Assembly: GCA_039815185.1 (NCBI GenBank)
Contig: JBCBZT010000097.1
Location: forward strand, 1 to 15,033
Direction of reading: 5' to 3'
Source: Cyanobacteria bacterium P01_A01_bin.123
Lineage (GTDB): Bacteria; Cyanobacteriota; Cyanobacteriia; Phormidesmidales; Phormidesmidaceae
DNA: 15,033 nt
Shown in pieces: positions 1 to 8,773 of the stretch (positions are counted from its first letter, which is position 1; every line of letters starts with the position of its first letter). The position numbers and the translations under genes are program-made. Under the pieces are notes generated by a model. The model had not been told where the DNA came from, did not search any database, and saw only the letters and a program-made list of their open reading frames with translations.

Positions 1-1336
1 CCTTGAACCATCCCCCTTCAGGTCGCTGGGGTAGGGTAATCATCCCCCCAGCAACGCTGCTGGGCATATCTGGGTTGACCGCCGTGTCCGGCATTAGGGC
101 AATCCACTCACCCGTGCCGTCGGGATAAAACTTAGCGGCGTAGAGCATGCCGTCGGCCATCAGACTAGAATTGGCTTTATCTGTGGGGTCGCTGACAGTG
201 CCAGCACTGACGAATTTATAGACGTGCCCCCCCCGGCGATCGCAGCCAGAATAAACCGCTAGGGGCTGACCCTCAACAGCTCGCACACCGACCGCTTCGT
301 GGCGGAACCGACCAAGCCAGGTATGCTTAGTGCCATAGTCGTTTTCGTTAGCTGGATCCACCTCGACCATCCAGCCATACTTATTACCGGCCAGACCCAA
401 GACGTTGGCAAACCCTTCGATATCGCCCGCAGCCATCAGGGCAGGTTTGTCAGCCGGATCAAAAGCAGAGCCATCGGGCATCACTGCTTCAGGTACCTGA
501 CTTTGGAAGTTTTCCTCCGCACTCAAAGCCGTGCCCCAAGGTGTGGTGCCACCAGAACAGTTTTGGAAAGAGCCGATAATGTTAGCCCCCAAGCCATCGT
601 CGTAGCCCAACTTATTGGTTTTAGTAAAGACCGCAACTGCAGGGCCAGTGGTCTGCAAATAGCGTTCGTCTTCTAAGCCTGAAATCCCAGTAATGCGCCG
701 GTCAGCACGGGAGAAAGCCCGCACCCAACGTCCGTCCCGTTCTTGCCGAATCGCGATGACGCCAATCCCCAAATCAATTAGACCTTCTTTGGATATTTCC
801 ATGATCTGCGCTTTCAATGGGTCACCCTCAGGTAGGGCAAAGGCATCGATCTCGCCTTCAGTTGCGGTAACAGCTGCGATCACCTCGGCAAAGGGTAAAG
901 ATTTGCCCACGACCTCGGTGTAGGTCTGCATCCATGTCTGACCACTGATGTACTCGAAGTTAATGGTGAGGTAGCCCTCATTTTCGCCCGTGGGCACAAA
1001 GGAAAGGTAGTCATTGTTATAGCCGAAGCGGGAGTCACCGACGACCTCTCCCCAAGCACCGATCACATCGTAGGTGTAGCCTTCCGGCAGCACCAAATCA
1101 TCTTGAATGGTGTAGCGACTAAATGCAGTAGCCTGTTGGATTCCATCTAACCCAGCCCCCTCGTAGGGCATGGGGCCTTGCAAAGGCTGAAACTTGAGAT
1201 TCTCAAGGCTTGCGCTGGCAGCTCGCGGCTGTAAGAACCCTAGGGAATTTTCGCCTGCTTTACCCAGGCTACCCAGAGCTGTAGTGCCTGCTGTGGCTCC
1301 CAAAAACATTAAAAACTGTCTGCGCTTGAGGCTCAT
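1..1336 (-). CDS. phoX: PhoX-family (DUF839) alkaline phosphatase, Tat-exported; 3' end lies outside the window
   Basis: Not in the ORF track because there is no stop codon in the window. Manual translation from ATG 1336 gives MSLKRRQFLMFLGATAGTTALG (twin-arginine RRQFL plus hydrophobic stretch). PhoX-type segments follow: FGYNNDYLSF, CSGGTTPWGTALSAEENFQ, NKYGWMVEVDP, KHTWLGRFRHEA, GMLYAAKFYPDGTGEWI. The segment at the window edge is in the same frame. Confidence 0.9.
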   Translation of the reverse strand, partial: MSLKRRQFLMFLGATAGTTALGSLGKAGENSLGFLQPRAASASLENLKFQPLQGPMPYEGAGLDGIQQATAFSRYTIQDDLVLPEGYTYDVIGAWGEVVGDSRFGYNNDYLSFVPTGENEGYLTINFEYISGQTWMQTYTEVVGKSLPFAEVIAAVTATEGEIDAFALPEGDPLKAQIMEISKEGLIDLGIGVIAIRQERDGRWVRAFSRADRRITGISGLEDERYLQTTGPAVAVFTKTNKLGYDDGLGANIIGSFQNCSGGTTPWGTALSAEENFQSQVPEAVMPDGSAFDPADKPALMAAGDIEGFANVLGLAGNKYGWMVEVDPANENDYGTKHTWLGRFRHEAVGVRAVEGQPLAVYSGCDRRGGHVYKFVSAGTVSDPTDKANSSLMADGMLYAAKFYPDGTGEWIALMPDTAVNPDMPSSVAGGMITLPQRPEGGWFK

Positions 1337-1380
1337 GATGCGTGTGTTCCTCTTGGATGCAAAGTTGGCACAACCCAAAT

Positions 1381-1408
1381 ACTGACACAGCGCGAATACT
1401 CTGTCAGT
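1381..1408. other. Short inverted repeat/hairpin in the phoX leader region
   Basis: ACTGACA(C)AG 1381-1390 versus CT(C)TGTCAGT 1399-1408, 9/10 complementary. Confidence 0.35.
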
Positions 1409-1436
1409 TTATTCTGTGTGAGCAAGTTAACTTTTT

Positions 1437-1478
1437 AGGCTTAATTGAAAGTTAAATTAAAGTTAACCGAAGTCTAAG
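1437..1478 (-). promoter_or_regulatory. Pho box (SphR/PhoB binding site), 3-4 direct repeats at 11-bp period
   Basis: Minus strand reads TTAGACTTCGG TTAACTTTAAT TTAACTTTCAA TTAAGCCT. Cores lie at 1474-77, 1463-66, 1452-55 and 1441-44, an exact 11-bp spacing. This resembles the cyanobacterial PyTTAAPyPy(T/A)-N3 consensus and sits ~100 bp upstream of an alkaline phosphatase. Confidence 0.8.
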
Positions 1479-1582
1479 GTTGCCAGCGATCGCCAACAAA
1501 TCAAACCTTTTGGATACGACTACTAGTCTGGCTTACGACCTGATACGCAGTGAATCTTGAAGCGCTAATTACTCCGCCAGTC

Positions 1583-2491
1583 TTAAGGAATGGCAACGGT
1601 TTCTAAAATCCCGGTCAGCAGGCTTTCACTGTGGTGACCGCCAGCAGCAATTAGGCGATGGGCTAAGACATGGGGGGCTAAAAATTTAACATCGTCCGGA
1701 ATAGCATAGTCTCGGTCGGCAATGAAGGCTAAAGCCTGTGCTGCCCGGTACAATGCCACGCTACCCCTGGGGCTAGCGCCCAAGGTGATATCTGCGTGCT
1801 CTCGGGTTGCCCGCACGAGTGCCAAAATATATTGGCGGAGGGAATCATCCACCTTGATCTGGGCACAGTGCTGTTGTAACTGCTGTACAGCTTCTAACGA
1901 AATGCAAGGGGCTAGGGTAGCTGGGTCAGTTCGAGTGTCAAGTTGTTGCAACATTTTGAGTTCTTCGGCTGCAGTGGGATAGCCCAGGCTGAAGGACAGC
2001 GCAAAGCGATCCATTTGCGCTTCGGGGAGGGGAAAGGTGCCCTGGTATTCCACCGGGTTTTGTGTCGCGATTACGAAGAAAGGTTCGGGCACGGATCGGG
2101 ATTTTCCATCTAGGGTGACTTGGTGTTCTTCCATCACCTCCAGCAGGGCTGATTGGGTGCGAGGGGTAGCCCGGTTAATTTCATCAGCCAGCAAAACGTT
2201 GGCAAACACTGGTCCCGGCATAAATTGAAATTTGGCCGTACTGGGGTTCCAAATATTTGTGCCTGTCACATCTGTGGGCAATAAGTCAGGGGTGCATTGA
2301 ATCCGCTGAAATTTGCCGTCAATGCAGCGGGCTAGGGACTTAGCTAGCAGTGTTTTACCCACGCCAGGAACATCTTCGAGCAGGGCATGGCCACCTGAAA
2401 ATAACGCGACTAAAACGAGTTGAATGGCGTCGGATTTACCAACGATCGTTTTGCTGAGGTTTTGAGTGAGTTGGTCGATGCGATCGCGCAT
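1583..2491 (-). CDS. MoxR-family AAA+ ATPase
   Basis: GHALLEDVPGVGKT (Walker A), RIQCTPDLLPTDVTG, VLLADEINRATPRTQSALLEVMEE (Walker B), ATQNPVEYQGTFPLPEAQMDRF, GASPRG. Confidence 0.93.
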   Translation of the reverse strand: MRDRIDQLTQNLSKTIVGKSDAIQLVLVALFSGGHALLEDVPGVGKTLLAKSLARCIDGKFQRIQCTPDLLPTDVTGTNIWNPSTAKFQFMPGPVFANVLLADEINRATPRTQSALLEVMEEHQVTLDGKSRSVPEPFFVIATQNPVEYQGTFPLPEAQMDRFALSFSLGYPTAAEELKMLQQLDTRTDPATLAPCISLEAVQQLQQHCAQIKVDDSLRQYILALVRATREHADITLGASPRGSVALYRAAQALAFIADRDYAIPDDVKFLAPHVLAHRLIAAGGHHSESLLTGILETVAIP

Positions 2492-2578
2492 GGGGAGTAT
2501 CTACTGGCTGAATGGGGATGACCAAAGGCAGAAATAGCCAAATCGGGCAATGCCTGGACAGCTTTATGATGCCCTGTT

Positions 2579-3712
2579 TTAGGCGCGATCGCCTACGGGA
2601 AACAACTGTAGGGCCGTTTCACAGTCCGCCTGAATCTGAGCTTTGAGCTGATCGAGGGAATCAAACTTTTGTTCAGCGCGCAAAAAAGCGATTAGTTCCA
2701 CAGTCAGCGTTTTGTCGTAGAGATCCCCCGACCAATTCAGCACATGCACCTCAACAGTTTGTTCGTGGCCAGATACGGTGGGACGGACGCCAATATTCAT
2801 CACACCCGGTTGGGGAACTTCCCTACCACCATCGCCCGAAATGCCATGCACCCAAACGCCGTAAACGCCCTGACACGGAATAAACTTTTCCTCAGGAAGT
2901 TTGAGGTTGGCCGTGGGGAAGCCGAGCGTCCGCCCCAACTGTTGTCCCATGACGACCCGTCCCGTTAGGCTGTAGGAGCGCCCCAAGCGCTGTCTGACCC
3001 AGTCTAAATTTCCTTGCAGCAGGGCTTCCCGAATGCTTGAACTGCTAATGCGAATATCGTCGTGGATCAGCTTTAGCGGCACAATGGTGACAGGAATGCC
3101 ATGGTCAGCAGCGATCGCGTTGAGTAAGTCTGCTGTGCCAACTCGCCGATGGCCAAAGCGAAAATCTGCACCTACGCTGATGTGCTGCGCTTGCAATTGA
3201 CCAATTAAAATATCCTCGACAAAGGCTTCAGGGGAAAGATTGGCAAGGGTTTGATTAAACGGCAACAGCACTATTTGATCAACGCCCATCAGCTTCATTT
3301 GCGTGGCCTTTTCATTCAAGGGAGTTAACAAGCGCCGCGGTTGCCCCGAAAAATATTCCTGCGGGTGGGGGTTAAAGGTGAGCACTGTCGTGTAGCAAGG
3401 AAGCGCCTTTGCGTTGGCCAAAACGTTTCCTTGAGGCATTACGTTTGCGGGGTTGGCTGACGGGGTTGGCTGAGCGTCAGGTGGCCAAGTGCTGTAACCA
3501 CCCACCGAAGACGGGGAGGTTGTTTCAAAGAAGCGTTGATCGATCTGATCAGGCAATGTTTTAGGGGGTGAAGCAGGGGCGGTAAAAGCAGGGGCGCGAT
3601 CGCGCAGCACAGGTTGAATCACCTGGCGATGTCCCAAGTGAACCCCATCAAAGTTTCCCAAGGCGATCGCCGTTGGACGCTTGGCTGTGTCTAGAGAAGT
3701 AGTAATCCACAC
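2579..3712 (-). CDS. ribF: Bifunctional FAD synthetase / riboflavin kinase with a ~60-aa low-complexity insert
   Basis: GTG start. GNFDGVHLGH (HxGH), TFNPHP, VGADFRFG, ISSSSIR, GRTLGFPTAN, NIGVRPT, EVHVL, LYDK, FLRAEQKF. Confidence 0.93.
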   Translation of the reverse strand: MWITTSLDTAKRPTAIALGNFDGVHLGHRQVIQPVLRDRAPAFTAPASPPKTLPDQIDQRFFETTSPSSVGGYSTWPPDAQPTPSANPANVMPQGNVLANAKALPCYTTVLTFNPHPQEYFSGQPRRLLTPLNEKATQMKLMGVDQIVLLPFNQTLANLSPEAFVEDILIGQLQAQHISVGADFRFGHRRVGTADLLNAIAADHGIPVTIVPLKLIHDDIRISSSSIREALLQGNLDWVRQRLGRSYSLTGRVVMGQQLGRTLGFPTANLKLPEEKFIPCQGVYGVWVHGISGDGGREVPQPGVMNIGVRPTVSGHEQTVEVHVLNWSGDLYDKTLTVELIAFLRAEQKFDSLDQLKAQIQADCETALQLFPVGDRA

Positions 3713-3810
3713 AGTTTACATTTTGACATATTCCCTGGAATGACGCGCCAACTTTAAACCTGAGCTGCATTGAAGTCCTTTATGTTTGGATATAGGGGCG
3801 CGCATCTGTG

Positions 3811-3857
3811 TAACCCGACCCAAGTATCGAACCTAGATACGATTTAGGGTCGGCTTA
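3811..3857. terminator. Hairpin just downstream of the MBL hydrolase stop (terminator or 3' stabiliser candidate)
   Basis: CCGACCC 3815-3821 / GGGTCGG 3847-3853, inner GTATC 3824-3828 / GATAC 3836-3840. No clear U-tract. Confidence 0.35.
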
Positions 3858-3860
3858 ATT

Positions 3861-4739
3861 TCAGATCGGTTTTGCCTCTAGGCCATTAGGCCGCATCAAA
3901 TCTAGCACCATGCCTTCCTGCGCAACGACGCTATTAGGGAAGGCTTCTTCCGTGTTACAAGCAACCTCATCCATAAACCCATCATTGTGCAGCGGGTCAT
4001 GGTGAAAAATTACCAGCTGCTTGACATGGGCAGCCTTGGCAACCTTGACCGCCTCTTGCCAAGTCGAGTGTCCCCAACCCACCTTGCTACTCTTTTCGTC
4101 GTAATACTCTTTGTCGGTGTAGGTGGCGTCGTAAATCATCACATCCGCATCCTGTGCCAACCACACCACGTGATCATCCAATCGATCTGGAAAATGCTCA
4201 GTATCAGTGATGTAGGCTGCGGAGTAGCCGTTCCAATTAACCCGATAGCCGATGGCCTCACCTGGGTGATTCAGCAGCGCGTTGGCCACTTCAATCTCGC
4301 CAATGCGAACCACTTCACCGATTTCCAAATCACAGAACTTGAGGTCAGCCCCCATGATTTGCAGGGGAACCGGAAAGTTGGGATGCAGCATCTGATCATT
4401 GAGACGCTGCTCAATGGTAGAGCCGTTGGGCGCGATCGCGCCGTAGATATTAAATCGATTACCCGGCACAAAGGCCGGTACAAAAAAGGGAAAGCCTTGA
4501 ATGTGATCCCAGTGGGAGTGGGTAAAGAACATGTTGAGGTTCAAAGGCATTTCAGCCAAAAGCTTTTGCCCCAGAGCCCGCAACCCCGTCCCACCATCGA
4601 AAATCAGCCGCTCTCCAGCAACCTGCATCTCTATACATGAAGTATTGCCGCCATAGCGTACTGTTTGAGGACCCGGGCAAGCGATGCTCCCTCTCACACC
4701 CCAGAATTTCACTAGAAACTGGTTCTGTACGTCAGACAT
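3861..4739 (-). CDS. Metallo-beta-lactamase-fold hydrolase (RNase Z / phosphodiesterase-like group)
   Basis: FWGVRGSI..PG...RYGGNTSC N-terminus, THSHWDHIQG (HxHxDH), YITDTEH, GWGHST, FHHDP. Confidence 0.88.
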   Translation of the reverse strand: MSDVQNQFLVKFWGVRGSIACPGPQTVRYGGNTSCIEMQVAGERLIFDGGTGLRALGQKLLAEMPLNLNMFFTHSHWDHIQGFPFFVPAFVPGNRFNIYGAIAPNGSTIEQRLNDQMLHPNFPVPLQIMGADLKFCDLEIGEVVRIGEIEVANALLNHPGEAIGYRVNWNGYSAAYITDTEHFPDRLDDHVVWLAQDADVMIYDATYTDKEYYDEKSSKVGWGHSTWQEAVKVAKAAHVKQLVIFHHDPLHNDGFMDEVACNTEEAFPNSVVAQEGMVLDLMRPNGLEAKPI

Positions 4740-5018
4740 GAGTCATTGTTATCGAACTTGACCGAATTCCACGGAAATTATCATACTCGGTAGTGCCATA
4801 ACCTACATTCTAGTGAACTTCCCTAAAAAATGGCTGTCAATACATTGTGAATTAGCATATCGCTGCTAATAGACTCTGGCGAAAATCTTTACAAAACCTG
4901 CGTAATTAAACTGGGTTGAATCCTTTGTAGATAGGCATCTAAGACGTGATGGATATTGGGCTAGCCACCTCAGAAGGGCTAGATCGGCCTCTGTAAGCTA
5001 TCGCTTTGGGTCACTTTT

Positions 5019-5828
5019 TCAAACACCGTTTAACCAAGATTTCAATCCAGAGAGTTGGGCATAGGCTGTCAAATCATACTGCAATGGCGTAATCGCAATA
5101 CCATGCTGATTAATCACCTGTACATCCGTTGGCAGCGTTTCCAAATCGACAGGTCCGGGGGGTAGCATACTCAAATCTTGATCAACCTCTGCTAACACTT
5201 CCCCAGCTAGCCAGTAATAGGTTTTCCCCCGCGGATCAATCCGCTTTTCAAACAGATCGACATACCTGCGAATACCTTGTCGCGCCAGGGTAACCCCTTT
5301 GATTTGAGTTTCCGCTATCGGGGGCACGTTGACATTGAATAGCATTGCCAATGGGAGTGGTGTTTGATGGAGCTGAGTCACCAGTCGCAAAGCCATATTC
5401 GCGGCCGGTTGGAAATCTTGACAGCTAAAGCTGGCTAAACTCAATGCGATCGCGGGGATGCCCTCAATCACGCCCTCCATCGCTGCCGAGACGGTTCCCG
5501 AATAAAGCACATCACTGCCTAGATTGGCCCCGTGATTGATACCTGACAGGACAAAATCCGGGGGTGTCTCTAGTAGTGCCCCCAAGGCCAACTTCACACA
5601 ATCTGCGGGGGTTCCTGAGCAAGCCCACGCGTCAACGCCGGTTTGAAAGATCCCTGTCACCTGCTCTGCTCGGATCGGTTTGTGCAGCGTCAACCCATGG
5701 CCCGTTGCCGATCGCTCGCGATCGGGGCAAACAACTGTGACTTGGTGTCCGGCGGCGACAAGGGTATTGGCTAGGGTGCGAATACCTTGGGCAAATATGC
5801 CATCATCGTTACTAACCAAAAGCTTCAT
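5019..5828 (-). CDS. surE: 5'/3'-nucleotidase SurE
   Basis: [51 protein letters not shown]. Confidence 0.96.
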   Translation of the reverse strand: MKLLVSNDDGIFAQGIRTLANTLVAAGHQVTVVCPDRERSATGHGLTLHKPIRAEQVTGIFQTGVDAWACSGTPADCVKLALGALLETPPDFVLSGINHGANLGSDVLYSGTVSAAMEGVIEGIPAIALSLASFSCQDFQPAANMALRLVTQLHQTPLPLAMLFNVNVPPIAETQIKGVTLARQGIRRYVDLFEKRIDPRGKTYYWLAGEVLAEVDQDLSMLPPGPVDLETLPTDVQVINQHGIAITPLQYDLTAYAQLSGLKSWLNGV

Positions 5829-6003
5829 CTAAAGCCCATCTCCAGATAATGATCAACGCTTAGGCAGGTGGGTCGGAAATTGGGGAACTTCTCAAACCGC
5901 AGAATTTTATGAGCAGCCTACCCATCCAACCCATACACTAGGAAAATGTAACGGTTTCATCGTTTATCGCAAGTTTAGAGTCCATTTGATTAAGTGCACT
6001 GGC

Positions 6004-7011
6004 ATGACCACACCGCCCGTCGAAACTGACCTAGAAGCTCAGCTAACTACCTTAGAACAGGCAGCGTGCGCTGCTGTAGCCGCAGCTGAAACCCTAGAAG
6101 CCCTAGAGCAATTGCGGGTCAATTATCTGGGCAAGAAGGGGCAAATTTCTAAGGTGCTCGGTGGTATGGGCAAACTCCCTGCTGCCGAACGGCCCCGCAT
6201 TGGGGCCTTGGCCAACACGGTTAAAGATACGCTGCAAGCCGCCCTAGAATCCCGCAGAACGGCGCTGCAAACCGCCCAAATTGAAGCTCAGTTAGCAGCC
6301 GAAACCCTAGATGTCACCATGCCCGGCATGTACGTGTCCCAGGGACGCGTCCATCCGATTAACGGCATCATTGACGAAATCACCGATATTTTTGTGGGCT
6401 TGGGCTACACGGTAGATTCAGGGCCAGAAATTGAAACTGACTTTTACAATTTTGAAGCCCTCAACTTCCCGCCGGATCACCCCGCTCGCGACATGCAGGA
6501 TACGCTCTTCTTAAATGACGGCAGCATGCTGCGCACCCACACGTCCAATGTGCAGATTCGACACATGCAAAACCATCAACCGCCGCTACGGGTGATAGCT
6601 GCTGGACGCTGCTATCGTCGTGATACCGTGGATGCGACCCACGCCGCTGTGTTTCACCAAATCGAATTCTTCGCCGTAGACAAAGGCATCACGTTCGCCG
6701 ATCTACGCGGGACAATCAAGGTCTTTTTAGAAGCCTTATTTGGCACCTCAGAGATGCGATTTCGCCCCAGTTTTTTCCCATTTACAGAACCTTCGGCTGA
6801 GGTTGATGTGCAGTGGCAGGGACGCTGGCTCGAAATTTTGGGGTGCGGCATGATCGACCCCAATGTCTTGAAAGCCGTAGGCTATGATCCCGAAATCTAT
6901 AGCGGTTTCGCGGCTGGGCTAGGGGTGGAGCGCCTAGCAATGGTGAAAAGTCAAATTGACGACATCCGCCGTCTATATGCCAGCGATTTGCGGTTTCTAA
7001 AGCAGTTTTAG
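6004..7011 (+). CDS. pheS: Phenylalanine--tRNA ligase alpha subunit
   Basis: [80 protein letters not shown] 6004 is preferred over TTG 5986. Confidence 0.96.
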   Translation: MTTPPVETDLEAQLTTLEQAACAAVAAAETLEALEQLRVNYLGKKGQISKVLGGMGKLPAAERPRIGALANTVKDTLQAALESRRTALQTAQIEAQLAAETLDVTMPGMYVSQGRVHPINGIIDEITDIFVGLGYTVDSGPEIETDFYNFEALNFPPDHPARDMQDTLFLNDGSMLRTHTSNVQIRHMQNHQPPLRVIAAGRCYRRDTVDATHAAVFHQIEFFAVDKGITFADLRGTIKVFLEALFGTSEMRFRPSFFPFTEPSAEVDVQWQGRWLEILGCGMIDPNVLKAVGYDPEIYSGFAAGLGVERLAMVKSQIDDIRRLYASDLRFLKQF

Positions 7012-7101
7012 TGAAACAGTTAAACATTGACGGGGGTAACCGATACCTAAAGCAGGTCAACGGGTGTGTTGCAGCGCCAGATTCACGCTTTCACCCGGAA
7101 C

Positions 7102-7137
7102 TAGCAAGCAGCCTAATGTTCTCAAGACTGCTTGCTA
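7102..7137 (-). terminator. Stem-loop between convergent pheS and psbY
   Basis: TAGCAAGCAG 7102-7111 / CTGCTTGCTA 7128-7137 is a perfect 10-bp stem. It extends to 13 bp with one G-U pair on the minus strand, consistent with the psbY 3' end. Confidence 0.55.
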
Positions 7138-7188
7138 TGGGTAGTCAGTCACAATTAAGGCTAGAGATCTCAGAGTCAGAAGCGAAAT

Positions 7189-7308
7189 TTAGGCTTCCTT
7201 ATTCAAGAATGATTGAATTTGCCCCAGCGCTGCTCGACCGATATTGAAGATAGCCCAGCTACCCGCCAGGATGATAGGAGCCAACACAACCACGATACGC
7301 CAATCCAT
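7189..7308 (-). CDS. psbY: Photosystem II reaction centre protein Y (39 aa)
   Basis: Below the ORF-track size cutoff. Manual translation: [39 protein letters not shown]. It has the PsbY pattern MDWR-hydrophobic helix-WAxFNIG..AL.Q, and a GGAG RBS 8 nt upstream. Confidence 0.93.
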   Translation of the reverse strand: MDWRIVVVLAPIILAGSWAIFNIGRAALGQIQSFLNKEA

Positions 7309-7528
7309 TGCTAAATCTCCGTAGGTGTAAAATCTGCTTAAATCACTGTCATAATTCTCTCATAAACTACATCCGATTTAAAACTTTGAGGCAGAAAACA
7401 AAATATCTTTGCAGCCCCTAGCGCTTGAAAATGAGGCGTGAAGCTTTCCTTCTCTTCCCTAGACTCTGAATGCTCTATGCCTTCTATAATCTGGTTTCTG
7501 GGCTGAAGCCAGGCGCTGAAAAAATTCA

Positions 7529-8101
7529 CTAGACAAAGCCCAAATCCTTCCCCTGCCCTGCATGCACGAGGGCTAGTTGATGGTATTTCTTGGCATGTTC
7601 AATCAGGTCGGCCGATTCCTCCTCTGAGAGTTGACGGAAAATTTTGCCGGGAACGCCAACCACCAGCGATCGCGGTGGTATGCTTTTGGTCACAACTGAA
7701 CCCGCCCCCACCATACTCCCCGCACCAATCCGTACCCCGTTGAGAATGATGGCCCCAATGCCGATCAAGCACCCCCGCTCAATGTGGGCGCTGTGAATGA
7801 CGGCCCGATGGCCCACAGTGACATAGTCTTCTAAAACAGTGGGCAAATGGGGGTCACCATGTAATACCGCACCATCTTGGACATTGCTAAACGCCCCCAG
7901 CTTGATCACATCGACATCGCCGCGAACCACGGCCCCATACCAAACGTTAGCCCCTTCTGAGATTTCAACCCTACCCATCACAGTGGCATTGGGTGCGACA
8001 AAGGCGGCTTGAGAGACATCGGGGGCAGGCCAATAGTGACCTGGAGAGACCAATAAGGGTGCAGGTAAGGCTGACGGCAGTAATTCATCAGATGGCTTCA
8101 C
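7529..8101 (-). CDS. Gamma carbonic anhydrase family protein (YrdA/CamH-like, hexapeptide repeat)
   Basis: VWYGAVVRGD, SNVQDGAVLH, VTVGHRAVIHS (three His metal ligands), LIGIGAIILNG, GVPGK. GTG start with AAGGAG upstream (8113-8118). Confidence 0.9.
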   Translation of the reverse strand: MKPSDELLPSALPAPLLVSPGHYWPAPDVSQAAFVAPNATVMGRVEISEGANVWYGAVVRGDVDVIKLGAFSNVQDGAVLHGDPHLPTVLEDYVTVGHRAVIHSAHIERGCLIGIGAIILNGVRIGAGSMVGAGSVVTKSIPPRSLVVGVPGKIFRQLSEEESADLIEHAKKYHQLALVHAGQGKDLGFV

Positions 8102-8143
8102 AGGTCTTGATTCTCCTTGAATATCGCGTTAAGCACTACTGAG

Positions 8144-8167
8144 ACTGCGAAGTCCCGCAGTTATAAT
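8144..8167 (+). promoter_or_regulatory. Consensus -10 box (TATAAT) preceded by a short inverted repeat
   Basis: TATAAT at 8162-8167, 76 nt upstream of the TIGR02652 ATG. ACTGCG-N6-CGCAGT at 8144-8161 directly abuts it. Confidence 0.5.
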
Positions 8168-8174
8168 AAGTTCA

Positions 8175-8199
8175 CCAGAACCCGCCAGAACCCGCCAGA
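8175..8199. repeat. 10-bp tandem repeat (CCAGAACCCG x2.5)
   Basis: CCAGAACCCG 8175-84, CCAGAACCCG 8185-94, CCAGA 8195-99. Confidence 0.8.
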
Positions 8200-8243
8200 T
8201 TTTTTAGGCCTGGTGTTGTGAAGCGTACTCAAGATGCGACTGA

Positions 8244-8753
8244 ATGGTGAATCCAGCCCTGCAATACCCTATCTTTGGCCCTGAAATCCAGTGCCCTCAC
8301 TGTCGTCAGACGATTCCTGCATTGACGCTAACGGATACGTATCTGTGTCCTCGGCACGGTGCCTTTGAATCTGATCCGAAGACGGCAGAATTGGTTCATC
8401 TTCAGTCCGGCCGTCATTGGCGACAGTGGGAGGGACAATGGTACCGTCAACACACCCACCCTGACGGCATTCGGTTTGAAATCCACGAAGCGCTTGATCG
8501 ACTCTATACCCAAGGGTATCGAGCAACCCGCGTGATTATTGCTCGGCGCTATAAATCGTTAGTCGGCACCTATTTAGAGCGCAATGCGCCTTGGCGGGGA
8601 CAGGTAGATTCCTCGATGCCCAGACTTTATGGACTCCCTGTGGAATTCAGTCCATCCTCGGATGAAGAACCCTGCTGGGACGTGATCAATTTTGATTTAG
8701 AAAAAGAGCCTGGGGCCCCGGTGCGTTATCCCTATTTTCGCCTGTTTGAATAA
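8244..8753 (+). CDS. Conserved cyanobacterial protein, TIGR02652/DUF2396 family (putative Zn ribbon)
   Basis: YPIFGPEIQCPHCRQTIPALTLTDTYLCPRHGAFE (CxxC...CxxH), WYRQHTHPDGIRFEIHEALDRL, C-terminal RYPYFRLFE. Confidence 0.85.
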   Translation: MVNPALQYPIFGPEIQCPHCRQTIPALTLTDTYLCPRHGAFESDPKTAELVHLQSGRHWRQWEGQWYRQHTHPDGIRFEIHEALDRLYTQGYRATRVIIARRYKSLVGTYLERNAPWRGQVDSSMPRLYGLPVEFSPSSDEEPCWDVINFDLEKEPGAPVRYPYFRLFE

Positions 8754-8773
8754 GCCTGACTAAATCCTTAACT

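Noticed and set aside
299..1385. Plus-strand ORFs 299-676, 693-923 and 1194-1385
   Set aside because: Antisense shadows of phoX with no recognisable motifs.
3987..4640. 217-aa plus-strand ORF
   Set aside because: Lies wholly antisense to the well-supported MBL hydrolase; no family features.
4807..4840. Minus-strand TTGACA (4835-40) and TAGAAT (4807-12) as a promoter for the MBL gene
   Set aside because: The 22-nt spacer is too long for a sigma70 pair. The -10 alone is possible but unsupported.
5829..6003. Possible T-box or attenuator in the pheS leader
   Set aside because: Only short imperfect inverted repeats; no T-box consensus, terminator or Phe-rich leader peptide seen.
6004..7011. pheS without an adjacent pheT
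   Set aside because: Separation of pheS and pheT is usual in cyanobacteria, so this is not novel.
7011..7529. ORFs 7011-7247 (+) and 7338-7529 (-)
   Set aside because: The first overlaps psbY in antisense and crosses the terminator hairpin. The second covers the AT-rich region upstream of psbY and has no recognisable protein features.
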